Shown here in pieces: positions 17,991 to 26,893 of a DNA stretch of 40,927 bases. The notes beneath the pieces were generated by a model that saw nothing but the letters and a program-made list of their open reading frames with translations, was not told the DNA's origin and made no database searches. A program made the translations under genes and the position numbers. Each line of letters starts with the position of its first letter. The stretch's first letter is position 1. The stretch comes from a virus (lineage: Duplodnaviria; Heunggongvirae; Uroviricota; Caudoviricetes), in IMG/VR virus record IMGVR_UViG_2541047877_000008. The stretch is one strand, 5' to 3'.

Positions 17991-20461
17991 CAGAATCCCC
18001 CAACAGTAAGACGAGGAATAACGGCAAGAACAGACAGCGGCAACGGGTCAAGCTGACGGATTCTTACACGTCCGTTTTTGCCCCAGTTACTGTCCAGTTT
18101 CACTTCTACTTTTCCGGTAGCGTCATCAACAGGATCATCGTAGAACTCGAATTCACGCTGTGGATATTCGTACCATTTACCGCCGGGCGTAGTCGCCCAG
18201 ATGCCGCGACTGGCATTCACAACCAGAGTAACGGACGGGATCACCTGTTTTTTGTCCAGCAGCGTTTCCTGTCCGTTAATGTTGATATCCAGTGTTTCGA
18301 ATTCAGCAGTTATTGGCAGGCCGATGTGCACAACAGCCCCAGGTGATTCCAGCGTGACGGCACCTCCGGAAACCACTTTCTGTGGTTCCACGTTCGCATC
18401 AGAGAGAATGTTTACGGTCTGGCCTTCAAGATGAGACAGGCCTCCAAATGTCCGGCGCGCCATCTGCCAGTTCGTGGTAGCCACATTCCTGAGGGATGGC
18501 GGGACGTTCCTGTTAGCACGAACCACTACAGCGGTATTGCTGGTTACAGAAATGATGTCGCAACGTAATTCTTTTGACACTTCATCGCCAGTATCAGGAT
18601 CAGTTCCGGTATAAGGGAACTGTAGTTGAGCACCGACATCACTACTGGTGAAGTACGCACCACCAGAAACACTGATTGTATATTCCGCGCGGTAATCCCA
18701 TTCGCCAGAACCACCAGTGACGATCATCGTTCTGTCAGACGTATTTCTTCCATCATAGCTAAGGCCAGAATCAACAAAGAAAGCATCTTCATCGCTGGTA
18801 AATAAACGGCTGGACAGTCGCTCTATGTATCTCACTGTTTGCCCGTTAACGGTTCGGTTAACGACGAAATACACCGCATCTTCATTGCCTTCGCTGATAC
18901 TGCATGTGCTTTCATATTTTCCGGTACTGGATTGTGGTGCCCATGCAAAAACCTGCTGATCACGCAAATAGGTCATCACCAGTAATTTACCGTCATCACG
19001 AATGCAGAAGGCGCTGGAGTAAGGGACAATCGAGAAGCACCAGTCAACAATGCTGTGCTTCTGAAAAAGATGATTGGCAAGGATGGTCAGGTCGTTCCCC
19101 TGATAGCCGTCAACATCGAATGAGTAGGCCAGATCACGGACAACACTGCCTTTCTCCTGGACGAACAGAGCAATATTCGCCACGGCAATTGGTGGGACAT
19201 TGCTCGAGCCATTTGATCCCTGAGAGCTGAATGCAAATGATGATGGGGTAAGCACTTTGTTCTGGTCGCCAGTGATGACGTACTCACCTCCGGAAGTCAG
19301 CGCCACCAGCGAACCAACATCAATCAGGTGACGGATCTCATTAACCTGACGCCCGGCATAGGTGTAGATAATTCTGTCGTCATCCTGCGTAGGATTGCTT
19401 TTGCCAAAATCCTTATAATCCCCGGTACGGCTGGCCCAGATAGTCTGAGGGAACGCAGTCGATGCGGCGAAGTAAAGGCGTTGTTGATAATAAACAACAG
19501 TGCCAGGATAACCGTTAATACTGTTCCAGGCATATTTAGCCCATTTATAGCTGGCATTATCCTCGCCAACTACCTGCGAAGGGATATAGGAAATCACCTC
19601 GGCAGTTGCAGTAGTTCCATTTGCAGCAGAGATACGGGCAATGCCAAAACCACTGTGCAGATACTCCCACTCAATGCCGGTATCATCATCACCGGATCCG
19701 CCCCAGCCATCCCATGATGTGCCTTCTGTATGCGAAGGGCGCAAAGTGCCTGTTTTGCCTGCTGTAACGGCGCGATAGTAGTTACTGTCTGCACGGCGAA
19801 TATCGCCAATCGACGTACTCTTACTGGTTTCCCATACCGGCACAGAATCCACTGCAGGCTGTTCCAGATAGAACAATTTGCCTACCTGCTCCGCGCCAAA
19901 AATTGAGGCGCTTGCCGTTAACGTAATTGTCCCGGTGCTGGCGCTGGCATAAACCGTCACTGACTCGTCAATATTGATATCTTCAAATGGCCCGTTCTTC
20001 GTTACCACATCAACCAGTTGCCAGTTGTCATGCGCATAGCGGCGCAACTCTTTCGGCGGGTATGCCGGATGAACCAGCGTAAGCACGTCTGCGCTTTGCG
20101 TGAATTTAATTCGGAACAGATCGGCTTCAGTATATGGCGTGGCAATTTCATAAATAACATTGCTGCTGTTCAGCACCAACGCACCATCTTTGATAACGCG
20201 CATGTACTGGTGTCCGAACTCCAGAGCATAAGTCTGAACCGTCGAGAACTGGAACGGGATTAGGCGGCATTTCCGATTTGGGTATTTGGCGGCACCGACA
20301 AAACGCGTACCAGGTCGATTCTCAACGCCGCCATACTGCCGCACGATAAAGTTATCGCACTTGCGCAATGCCACCTGGTACTTCGCCATGTCGATACGAC
20401 CGTACAACGACGGTCCAATCTCACCACCGGCAAAGCTGGGCTGGATCCAACTGATAGCCAT
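17990..20461 (-). CDS. Tail tubular protein B-like (T7 gp12-type)
   Basis: ORF track 823 aa; size and position immediately after the tubular protein A-like gene; overall podovirus tail architecture. Confidence 0.55.
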   Translation of the reverse strand: MAISWIQPSFAGGEIGPSLYGRIDMAKYQVALRKCDNFIVRQYGGVENRPGTRFVGAAKYPNRKCRLIPFQFSTVQTYALEFGHQYMRVIKDGALVLNSSNVIYEIATPYTEADLFRIKFTQSADVLTLVHPAYPPKELRRYAHDNWQLVDVVTKNGPFEDINIDESVTVYASASTGTITLTASASIFGAEQVGKLFYLEQPAVDSVPVWETSKSTSIGDIRRADSNYYRAVTAGKTGTLRPSHTEGTSWDGWGGSGDDDTGIEWEYLHSGFGIARISAANGTTATAEVISYIPSQVVGEDNASYKWAKYAWNSINGYPGTVVYYQQRLYFAASTAFPQTIWASRTGDYKDFGKSNPTQDDDRIIYTYAGRQVNEIRHLIDVGSLVALTSGGEYVITGDQNKVLTPSSFAFSSQGSNGSSNVPPIAVANIALFVQEKGSVVRDLAYSFDVDGYQGNDLTILANHLFQKHSIVDWCFSIVPYSSAFCIRDDGKLLVMTYLRDQQVFAWAPQSSTGKYESTCSISEGNEDAVYFVVNRTVNGQTVRYIERLSSRLFTSDEDAFFVDSGLSYDGRNTSDRTMIVTGGSGEWDYRAEYTISVSGGAYFTSSDVGAQLQFPYTGTDPDTGDEVSKELRCDIISVTSNTAVVVRANRNVPPSLRNVATTNWQMARRTFGGLSHLEGQTVNILSDANVEPQKVVSGGAVTLESPGAVVHIGLPITAEFETLDININGQETLLDKKQVIPSVTLVVNASRGIWATTPGGKWYEYPQREFEFYDDPVDDATGKVEVKLDSNWGKNGRVRIRQLDPLPLSVLAVIPRLTVGGF

Positions 20462-21069
20462 CAGGACAACCTCGCAATGGTAAACTCGTCAACCGGTGGC
20501 TGTGGTTCCTGTGATTCATTCTGGCTATGCGAGCCAGCACTAAGAATCACGCGATTGTACATATTGAGGGCAAACGTACCGAGGTCTGCATTCCCAGTCA
20601 GTGCCATGTTAATAGCTGCCGCAAGACGCCAGGCCAACGCCTCCATAAAAATGGCATCAAACATGTTCACATCTGAAACGCGAGAGACATACTTGAGCCA
20701 TGCCTGCGGCTGGTCTGTGTAGATCAACTTTCCTGTTCCGTTGGTGTCTGCACCAACTTCGTACTGAACGCGCATTGCTGCTGTTGGATTGCGTACACCA
20801 GGAAGCATAATTTCAGTAATGCGCAGACAATCGGACGGGTACTGGTACGCATATTCCCAGTCAGGCGGTGGATTGCTCGTATCTGCAAGCGCCACGCGTT
20901 TGGTAGCAAAGTTCCAGTCAAAATCAGAAAGAACAGCATCACGGCAGGCCTCAAAGTGCAGCGAACATTCACCCGCTTCCTTGCTGGCTTCCGTCAGGCT
21001 GTTAATACTGCGGCTGTTGCCAATATTGGACAGCGCACGATTACAGATCTCTACTACAGAGGCCATCAC
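20461..21069 (-). CDS. Tail tubular protein A-like (T7 gp11-type)
   Basis: ORF track 202 aa; N-terminal pattern ICNRALSNIG...SL resembles the gp11 family; start overlaps upstream stop. Confidence 0.5.
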   Translation of the reverse strand: MMASVVEICNRALSNIGNSRSINSLTEASKEAGECSLHFEACRDAVLSDFDWNFATKRVALADTSNPPPDWEYAYQYPSDCLRITEIMLPGVRNPTAAMRVQYEVGADTNGTGKLIYTDQPQAWLKYVSRVSDVNMFDAIFMEALAWRLAAAINMALTGNADLGTFALNMYNRVILSAGSHSQNESQEPQPPVDEFTIARLS

Positions 21070-21395
21070 TCACCTCCGTTACCGTACAGAGTTTCAGCCG
21101 CTGATTTTTCTACATCCCTGGAAACAGGAGCGATCGCCATATCAGTGATCTGCAGATCGGCGCTGCGATTAACACCATCGTCAGTTTCTCTGGCAGACAG
21201 GCCTCGAATAACAGCCTTTGCAGTTATCATCACTTCTGTTCCGACGCCCTGAGGTTGCGCCTTCAGCTTATTCAATGTGTCGTTATTAAGAGTGATGCAC
21301 AGCCCCCACGGGTATTCATCGCGAGTTCTGGTTTCTCCGCTCTCATCCTGGTAGCTGTCAGTGCCGGTTTTGAGGTTTACGAGTTCCATATACAC
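21066..21395 (-). CDS. Hypothetical head-tail connector/adaptor-region protein
   Basis: ORF track 109 aa; coupled (4-nt overlap) to tubular protein A gene. Confidence 0.4.
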   Translation of the reverse strand: MYMELVNLKTGTDSYQDESGETRTRDEYPWGLCITLNNDTLNKLKAQPQGVGTEVMITAKAVIRGLSARETDDGVNRSADLQITDMAIAPVSRDVEKSAAETLYGNGGE

Positions 21396-21439
21396 TCCTG
21401 CAATAAAGGGGCCGAAGCCCCTTGTCGGATTCGCGAGGC

Positions 21440-21784
21440 TTACACGCCCAGTTCTTTACGCTTATCTGCGATCTTCTCGCGGAGCGTTTCGGCTTTAGCG
21501 TTATGGTGTGGCTTCTCGTTAAAGAGCAATTCGTACTCTTCACGGAGCTTATCCAGTTCACCATCATCTGACACATCGTTGATGATTTTGGTGCTGGTTG
21601 CTGCCATAGACACCTTTCCTGCTACCTTTGCTTTTGCCTGTCTGGCTGCATCGTTAACAGGTTCCAGTGCGCTACCAGGCTCACCTTCGTATTCGATTTC
21701 TGCCCCCTCCGGCCACAGTGTGTTATGGATATGAGAGAGGCGCAGAACGCGGTATCTTGGTTTCTCACCTGACATCGATATCAC
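21440..21784 (-). CDS. Hypothetical structural protein
   Basis: ORF track 114 aa; followed on the mRNA by a GGGGC-UUCG-GCCCC stem-loop (plus-strand 21406-21423). Confidence 0.4.
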   Translation of the reverse strand: MISMSGEKPRYRVLRLSHIHNTLWPEGAEIEYEGEPGSALEPVNDAARQAKAKVAGKVSMAATSTKIINDVSDDGELDKLREEYELLFNEKPHHNAKAETLREKIADKRKELGV

Positions 21785-21785
21785 C

Positions 21786-22223
21786 TTAACCAGTTACTTT
21801 TGAGCGGATCGGGTACGGCGTATTGGCATCAACATCCAGACTGATACCCGCAGTGAATTTGCCGGCCGTTAGTGGGCCAGTTGCGACGGAGTAGTTAACA
21901 CGCAGATATCGCTGAACACCGGCTGGCACCTTTGCAGAAACAACTCGCTTACCTGCTGTCAGGGTGGCCTTTGCCAACGCACCACTATCATAAATAGTGG
22001 TCCAAGAGCTGTTATTCTCACTCGTCTGCAACTGGATGTTTACAGTTGCCTCACCACTTGCCGTGGCGGCTTCGTTAACCAGCCCCCAAAACTCAAGCGG
22101 GTAACCCACACCGATATCGCGACGGTTTCCATCAATTGGACCGAGATCGATTACGTCAGTAGAAGCCGCGGTATCAGTTACCGCCTGTGCTTCGGAGAAC
22201 ATCAACAGTTTGTCGGTGATCAT
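21786..22223 (-). CDS. Hypothetical capsid-associated (decoration-like) protein
   Basis: ORF track 145 aa directly downstream of the major capsid gene; SD GGAG upstream. Confidence 0.4.
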   Translation of the reverse strand: MITDKLLMFSEAQAVTDTAASTDVIDLGPIDGNRRDIGVGYPLEFWGLVNEAATASGEATVNIQLQTSENNSSWTTIYDSGALAKATLTAGKRVVSAKVPAGVQRYLRVNYSVATGPLTAGKFTAGISLDVDANTPYPIRSKVTG

Positions 22224-22274
22224 CTTCTTTCTCCATTAGTGGGTCTGTTACGACCCACAGGTTAATAACAGGCG

Positions 22275-23267
22275 TTACACCACGCGGGCTTCTGTTTCCA
22301 GAAGCGCATCAGTTTCACGGATTGGTACACCACGGAATGACGTCCACCACTCGCCTTCAGTCTCTTTTACGCTAATCGCCAGAGATGTTTTCTCCAGAGA
22401 CTGCAGATCAAGAGCCTGGCCTACAGTGCGGTTCATGTAGAACACCGGGCGACCCATGCCACGGTTTGGAATGCGATGCAGTGCTTTAACCATCAACTTC
22501 GCAATATTTGCGGCAGAGGAAGGTTCTGAAAGATTGCTGACATCGATGTTTGCAATGCGAACAACATAACGCCAGTCACGCAGAGCAAGTCCGTTATCCC
22601 ATTTGTAATGGGTGCGATAGCCTTCGTACTTGCCGCCATTAGCATCTTCCAGTGTCACCTGGCCTTTATCTTCCATCTGGATGCCAGCCTTCTGCCCTTT
22701 CGGGAAGATGCCATGCACGGTGTTTTCGCCCCACACTACTAACCAGATTGAGGTGTTATCTGTACCCGTGCCACCAGCATCAATGATGTTCTGAGCATTA
22801 CCCGCAGACAGGCTGGAATAGCGGGAGGACAGTCCCATAAACTGCTGAGGGTTAACGCTGGAATCACCATAAAACAGTGTCTGCGCCATCTGCTGATTCA
22901 TCGCTTCAATAAATGCGCGGTCTTCAGACAGGCGGAATTCGGCGGTATTACCGTTCAGATCAGCCAGTGACTTATCGACTTCAGCATAGGTTTCCAGCAT
23001 TCCAACGGAATCGGTGACCTGCACTGTGGTTGATTTGCTTGGCTGTACGCCATAGTTCAGCAAACGCCAGGTGGCTGAAGGTAAACCAGAACGAATGGTG
23101 GTTCGGTGTCCGGTAGGAAGGTTCCCTTCGACAAAAGGCATATCCTGAAGGATCGGGTTAGTTTGACCGAGAAGCTCGATAATCTTATCGACTTTCCCGT
23201 TTGGATCGACGCGCTTACCCCAGTCAGCCAGCGTTAGCGCAGTTAAGCCTTTAACAGCCATTGTCAT
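22275..23267 (-). CDS. Major capsid protein
   Basis: ORF track 330 aa; position after scaffold gene and before a stem-loop (22239-22258); typical size. Confidence 0.65.
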   Translation of the reverse strand: MTMAVKGLTALTLADWGKRVDPNGKVDKIIELLGQTNPILQDMPFVEGNLPTGHRTTIRSGLPSATWRLLNYGVQPSKSTTVQVTDSVGMLETYAEVDKSLADLNGNTAEFRLSEDRAFIEAMNQQMAQTLFYGDSSVNPQQFMGLSSRYSSLSAGNAQNIIDAGGTGTDNTSIWLVVWGENTVHGIFPKGQKAGIQMEDKGQVTLEDANGGKYEGYRTHYKWDNGLALRDWRYVVRIANIDVSNLSEPSSAANIAKLMVKALHRIPNRGMGRPVFYMNRTVGQALDLQSLEKTSLAISVKETEGEWWTSFRGVPIRETDALLETEARVV

Positions 23268-23275
23268 TTCCTCTC

Positions 23276-23977
23276 TTATTTGCCATAGAGCACTTCGGCC
23301 GCACTACGCTGGCCTTCATTACCACCGGTGACCATGCCATCTTCAGACATCGCCTTTCCGATTTTCACGAACGTTTTGACCAGATCAGGGTGATTACCCA
23401 GTCCGGTGGTGTTCAGATATTCTTTGAGTTCAGGTGTCCCGAACTGGTCAAGCGCACGCTGTGCGGCGCTAAGGTTAGAAATCAACTTGTCGCCACCGAT
23501 TTCTTTGTCAGCTTTTACATCCGCAGCCCACTGCTCGGTTGTTTTCTGCCAGGCTTCTGCCTGGCGCTGCTGAACACATGCCAGAATCTTCGGATAAGCA
23601 TCAACCAGCTTTTGCGCTTGCTCGTTGGTCAGGTTTAGTTCTCGCGCCACCGGCTCGAATTCCTTCAACGCTTCTGTATCCAGCTCTACGCCTTCGGCAG
23701 CCTGAAACTCGTACTTCTCAGGCGCACCCTCTGGTTTATCGCCGCCCTTTTTTTCATCCTGCTTATCGTTTTCAGGCTTTTTGTCATCAGCAGGTTTATC
23801 GCCATCAGCAACAGGTTGTGGCTTATCACCTTCCGGTTGTGATGGATCACCAACTGGAGCAGGGTTATCACCTGCAGGCGCTGACGGTTCTGACGCAGCC
23901 GGAGCTGCTCCACCATCGACTGGTTGCTCATTGCAAAGACGGCGATACAGCAAACGCTCAAATAAATTCATGATCAC
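23276..23977 (-). CDS. Scaffolding protein
   Basis: ORF track 233 aa; acidic, Pro/Ala/Glu/Lys-rich low-complexity N-half, between portal-proximal gene and capsid. Confidence 0.5.
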   Translation of the reverse strand: MIMNLFERLLYRRLCNEQPVDGGAAPAASEPSAPAGDNPAPVGDPSQPEGDKPQPVADGDKPADDKKPENDKQDEKKGGDKPEGAPEKYEFQAAEGVELDTEALKEFEPVARELNLTNEQAQKLVDAYPKILACVQQRQAEAWQKTTEQWAADVKADKEIGGDKLISNLSAAQRALDQFGTPELKEYLNTTGLGNHPDLVKTFVKIGKAMSEDGMVTGGNEGQRSAAEVLYGK

Positions 23978-24270
23978 TCCTGTTCACTGGCCTCTTTGGC
24001 CATCTTCAAATACTGTTCAGGGCAATGCGCCATAACGCGCTGAAACAGTTCCAGCGCCAGATTGCGTTGCCCCTCATTAAATGCCATTGCCATAGAGTCC
24101 ATCGGTGAGATAGCGGAAAACACACGGCCTTTCTCCAGCACCGACCAGACAACGCGACGCCCCTGTTCACTGCTCATGACAAAGCGAATGTCATCAATTT
24201 CACGCTGTGCCATGTCACATTGCTTACGGGCGTTTTCTTCTTTCAGTTGATCATCTTCGTAATCTGTCAT
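23974..24270 (-). CDS. Hypothetical head-assembly protein
   Basis: ORF track 98 aa, translationally coupled between portal and scaffold genes. Confidence 0.4.
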   Translation of the reverse strand: MTDYEDDQLKEENARKQCDMAQREIDDIRFVMSSEQGRRVVWSVLEKGRVFSAISPMDSMAMAFNEGQRNLALELFQRVMAHCPEQYLKMAKEASEQE

Positions 24271-25946
24271 TGTGATTGCCCACCCTGACCACTAACTGCA
24301 TTCGCCATAGCTGACAAAACACTCGGCTCCGAAGTTTTAGCTTCGCTTAGCGTCTTGGCACCCTGTGCCGCCGCCATCCCCATCGCCATCATTTGTTGCT
24401 GCTGTTGTTGCTGTGCCCGTTGCTGGCGAGCCTGCTCAACCTGTTCCTGCGGAACAATGACGGTTGGAGACACTCCGGACATATCAGCGAATGCATCGAT
24501 CGCCTGATCAACGTTGAGTTTGTCGAGAGCTTCTGGTTTCGCTTGCGCAAGTTGACCAATGAAGTTAACCGTGGACGCCAGACTGGACAGGCCGATAGAC
24601 TTCTGCGCCTGAGCCATGACGGAAATGTATTCGACCTTCAGGGGCATGCCTTCCATCGCGTCAGGCGGTGGCGGCAACATGTTTTTACGCACCATCATCG
24701 AGAAAGTGCGGTCAATGAGAGGATTAAGACATTCGTCGTTCAGACGCTCCAGAACTGGCCCCAACATCAGAAGTTTTTCTTCTTTCATTTCGATCACCGC
24801 TTCAACAGGCATCGAGCGGGTATTGATGTTCTGCAACATCATGAACAGATCGACAAAGTAGGCGCTGTTAATGATTTGACGAGTGTCCTGAATGTCTGCT
24901 ACCAGATCTGCTGTACTGGGGTTAACCAGATAAGCAGGCCTGAAACCATCCTGACCAGTAATCTGATCGATATACGTGATGTCGCCAGGAAGAAGGGAGG
25001 CGCGCTGATTCTTGAGGGAAGTCGGAGCAACCATCGGCGGATTGGTGGCTTTATCAATCAACTGCGACTTGCGCTTCTGGAGAAGCTGCAATGCCTTAAC
25101 AGGTCCAAGCGCCAGCATACCCGGGCATGATGATCCATAAACATCTTCGCCATTAACTTCCCAGCGCGGAGCCATAATTGGAAACTCATCAAATCCGGAC
25201 TCACGCAACAACTTGTCGTTATCGCCACCAACCTCGTAATAAACCGATTTGAATGGCTTGTTCTTGCTATCCAGCTTCGATGTATCGCGGTCAATGTTCG
25301 GGTAAACCGAATGCATCACGTCAATCCACTTCTCGTAGGTGCCGCTTTCCCACATGCTTTTTACGGATTCGCTGACGTTATTTAGCCCGAACTCCTGAAC
25401 AAGCTGACGAACAGTCATAGAGAACTTGCGAAAACAGGTGTCCACACTGCCACGAGGTGAGTTAGCCAGGTAGTAACTGCCTATCGGGAATGGCATTGTG
25501 CGAATGATGTCCTCGTCATCCTCCAGCACCGCCATTGCACCAGTGCTGTATGTGCCGAGGCTTCCGTATAACTGCGGAAGAGACTGGTAGAGATTCGACT
25601 TATTGAACATATCGTTCATGCGGTTCTGCACCGCCTCGAGCCACAACTTAACAGGACCATAATCCATCATTTCAGGATCTGGCGTAGCCAGGCGAAACCA
25701 CGGACGCGCAGGGCTTGTGATGCCTGACATCATGCCGCTGGCGAGAGTGCGCGCCGCCATAGTCCCGGTCGAATCAATAATGCGTGTATTGCGTCGATCG
25801 TTACGGTTGACCTCAGAAGTCAGAAAGCGGGAACCACGTGGGTTGATGTAATCACTCAACTCGCGCCAGTGCGGCTCGAACGACTGACGCTCGCTTTCAA
25901 GTTGTGCGAACTGTTTGTTCAATCGCTCTTTAGTTGTTTCCGCCAT
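24267..25946 (-). CDS. Portal protein
   Basis: ORF track 559 aa; size and position downstream of terminase; C-terminal Gln/Ala-rich tail. Confidence 0.75.
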   Translation of the reverse strand: MAETTKERLNKQFAQLESERQSFEPHWRELSDYINPRGSRFLTSEVNRNDRRNTRIIDSTGTMAARTLASGMMSGITSPARPWFRLATPDPEMMDYGPVKLWLEAVQNRMNDMFNKSNLYQSLPQLYGSLGTYSTGAMAVLEDDEDIIRTMPFPIGSYYLANSPRGSVDTCFRKFSMTVRQLVQEFGLNNVSESVKSMWESGTYEKWIDVMHSVYPNIDRDTSKLDSKNKPFKSVYYEVGGDNDKLLRESGFDEFPIMAPRWEVNGEDVYGSSCPGMLALGPVKALQLLQKRKSQLIDKATNPPMVAPTSLKNQRASLLPGDITYIDQITGQDGFRPAYLVNPSTADLVADIQDTRQIINSAYFVDLFMMLQNINTRSMPVEAVIEMKEEKLLMLGPVLERLNDECLNPLIDRTFSMMVRKNMLPPPPDAMEGMPLKVEYISVMAQAQKSIGLSSLASTVNFIGQLAQAKPEALDKLNVDQAIDAFADMSGVSPTVIVPQEQVEQARQQRAQQQQQQQMMAMGMAAAQGAKTLSEAKTSEPSVLSAMANAVSGQGGQSQ

Positions 25947-25960
25947 TTCAATGACTCCGG

Positions 25961-26167
25961 TTACTGACCAAGCAGCGTTTTACCGCTGGTCTTAGCGGTT
26001 GATGTGTCGCCCTGAGAACCGGTAAGCAGCGTAGAACTACGACCAGCAGCAGCGCGACGGCGACGAGTTTCTTCGTCGCGGGCATCAACAACGGCGGCAT
26101 CCTGCTCCTGTGGTGCTGCCTGAACTTCTGGTGTTGCAGGCACTGATGGTGAGCTACCCATGCACAT
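25961..26167 (-). CDS. Small acidic protein upstream of portal
   Basis: ORF track 68 aa; ATG 26165-26167 with SD GGAG 9 nt upstream. Confidence 0.4.
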   Translation of the reverse strand: MCMGSSPSVPATPEVQAAPQEQDAAVVDARDEETRRRRAAAGRSSTLLTGSQGDTSTAKTSGKTLLGQ

Positions 26168-26235
26168 ATCAATGACTCCGTACGCAATTAAATTATTACC
26201 AATTTAACCACATATGATTTATTTATCGTAGATAG

Positions 26236-26273
26236 TTGACATTTAACGCACAAATTATTACCTTTCAGGTAAC
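26236..26273 (+). promoter_or_regulatory. Promoter-like TTGACA box with operator-like palindrome ATTACC-TTTCA-GGTAAC, upstream of the tRNA unit
   Basis: TTGACA 26236-26241; palindrome 26257-26273 17 bp downstream (putative -10 TACCTT inside the half-site). Confidence 0.45.
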
Positions 26274-26594
26274 CAAAGAGTTCATTCCGGTTACTAACCT
26301 GACTGGCTTGTCGTTAAATTGAACAGGTGGAGTGAGCTTTTATTTTGAGCAGTACGGCGTATGGCACATGCGCCGATAGCGGTCTGGATACGTTTAAGGG
26401 GCACCCTCCCTTGCTCGGGCAAACGAACCAGGTAGCCGGAATGTGCAAGTCGAGCGGTTTTATTCCGCGCACGGGGATTCACCATCCCGGCGATTCGGTG
26501 TGACGCCTCGGAAGAGACGAGGGTACAACGATGAGAGCATTTATGGAGCCGCGACAAAGTGTGGTGCCTTAACAGGCTAAGTGCTCTCAGCGTT

Positions 26595-26671
26595 GTGGCA
26601 TTAGCTCAGTTGGACAGAGCAACCGCCTTCTAAGCGGTTGGTCGCAGGTTCGAATCCTGCATGCCGCGCCA
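26595..26671 (+). tRNA. tRNA-Arg (anticodon TCT, reads AGA)
   Basis: Manually folded cloverleaf: acceptor GTGGCAT/ATGCCGC, D-stem GCTC/GAGC, anticodon stem ACCGC/GCGGT with loop CTTCTAA, T-arm GCAGG-TTCGAAT-CCTGC, discriminator G, encoded CCA; 77 nt. Confidence 0.85.
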
Positions 26672-26714
26672 GAATCACGCCTAAGGACCGTGATGCCAGA
26701 AGTTCCAGGGGCTT

Positions 26715-26756
26715 GGCGGTGATGGTTTCCCTTGAAGGACTATCACCGCCCTTTTT
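26715..26756 (+). terminator. Rho-independent terminator downstream of tRNA-Arg
   Basis: 9-bp stem GGCGGTGAT / ATCACCGCC followed by TTTTT (26752-26756). Confidence 0.6.
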
Positions 26757-26834
26757 ACAGCAGGACGCCATTGCGATGACTTCATGCTGTAAACCCGTAC
26801 AGCCACGGAAGGCATAACTCATTGCTTCCAGTTC

Positions 26835-26858
26835 GCCCGGTTCGCCGGGCATTTTTTT
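26835..26858 (+). terminator. Second rho-independent terminator
   Basis: GCCCGG-TTCG-CCGGGC hairpin followed by ATTTTTTT. Confidence 0.6.
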
Positions 26859-26863
26859 GCCTG

Positions 26864-26892
26864 ATGACCACAAATTACCTTAAAGGTATAAT
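26864..26892 (+). promoter_or_regulatory. Promoter (ATGACC-17-TATAAT) overlapped by operator-like palindrome ATTACC-TTAAA-GGTATA
   Basis: -35 26864-26869, perfect -10 TATAAT 26887-26892; palindrome 26874-26890 lies between the -35 and -10 elements. Confidence 0.5.
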
Positions 26893-26893
26893 C

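Noticed and set aside
26450-26470. Fragment resembling the 5' region of 16S rRNA (GTGCAAGTCGAGCGG)
   Set aside because: Only a 15-nt resemblance with no flanking rRNA sequence; judged coincidental.
26595-26671. tRNA-Arg as the prophage integration site
   Set aside because: It lies between the terminase and portal genes, well inside the structural module, and the integrase is about 13 kb away at the window edge; it is cargo, not attB.
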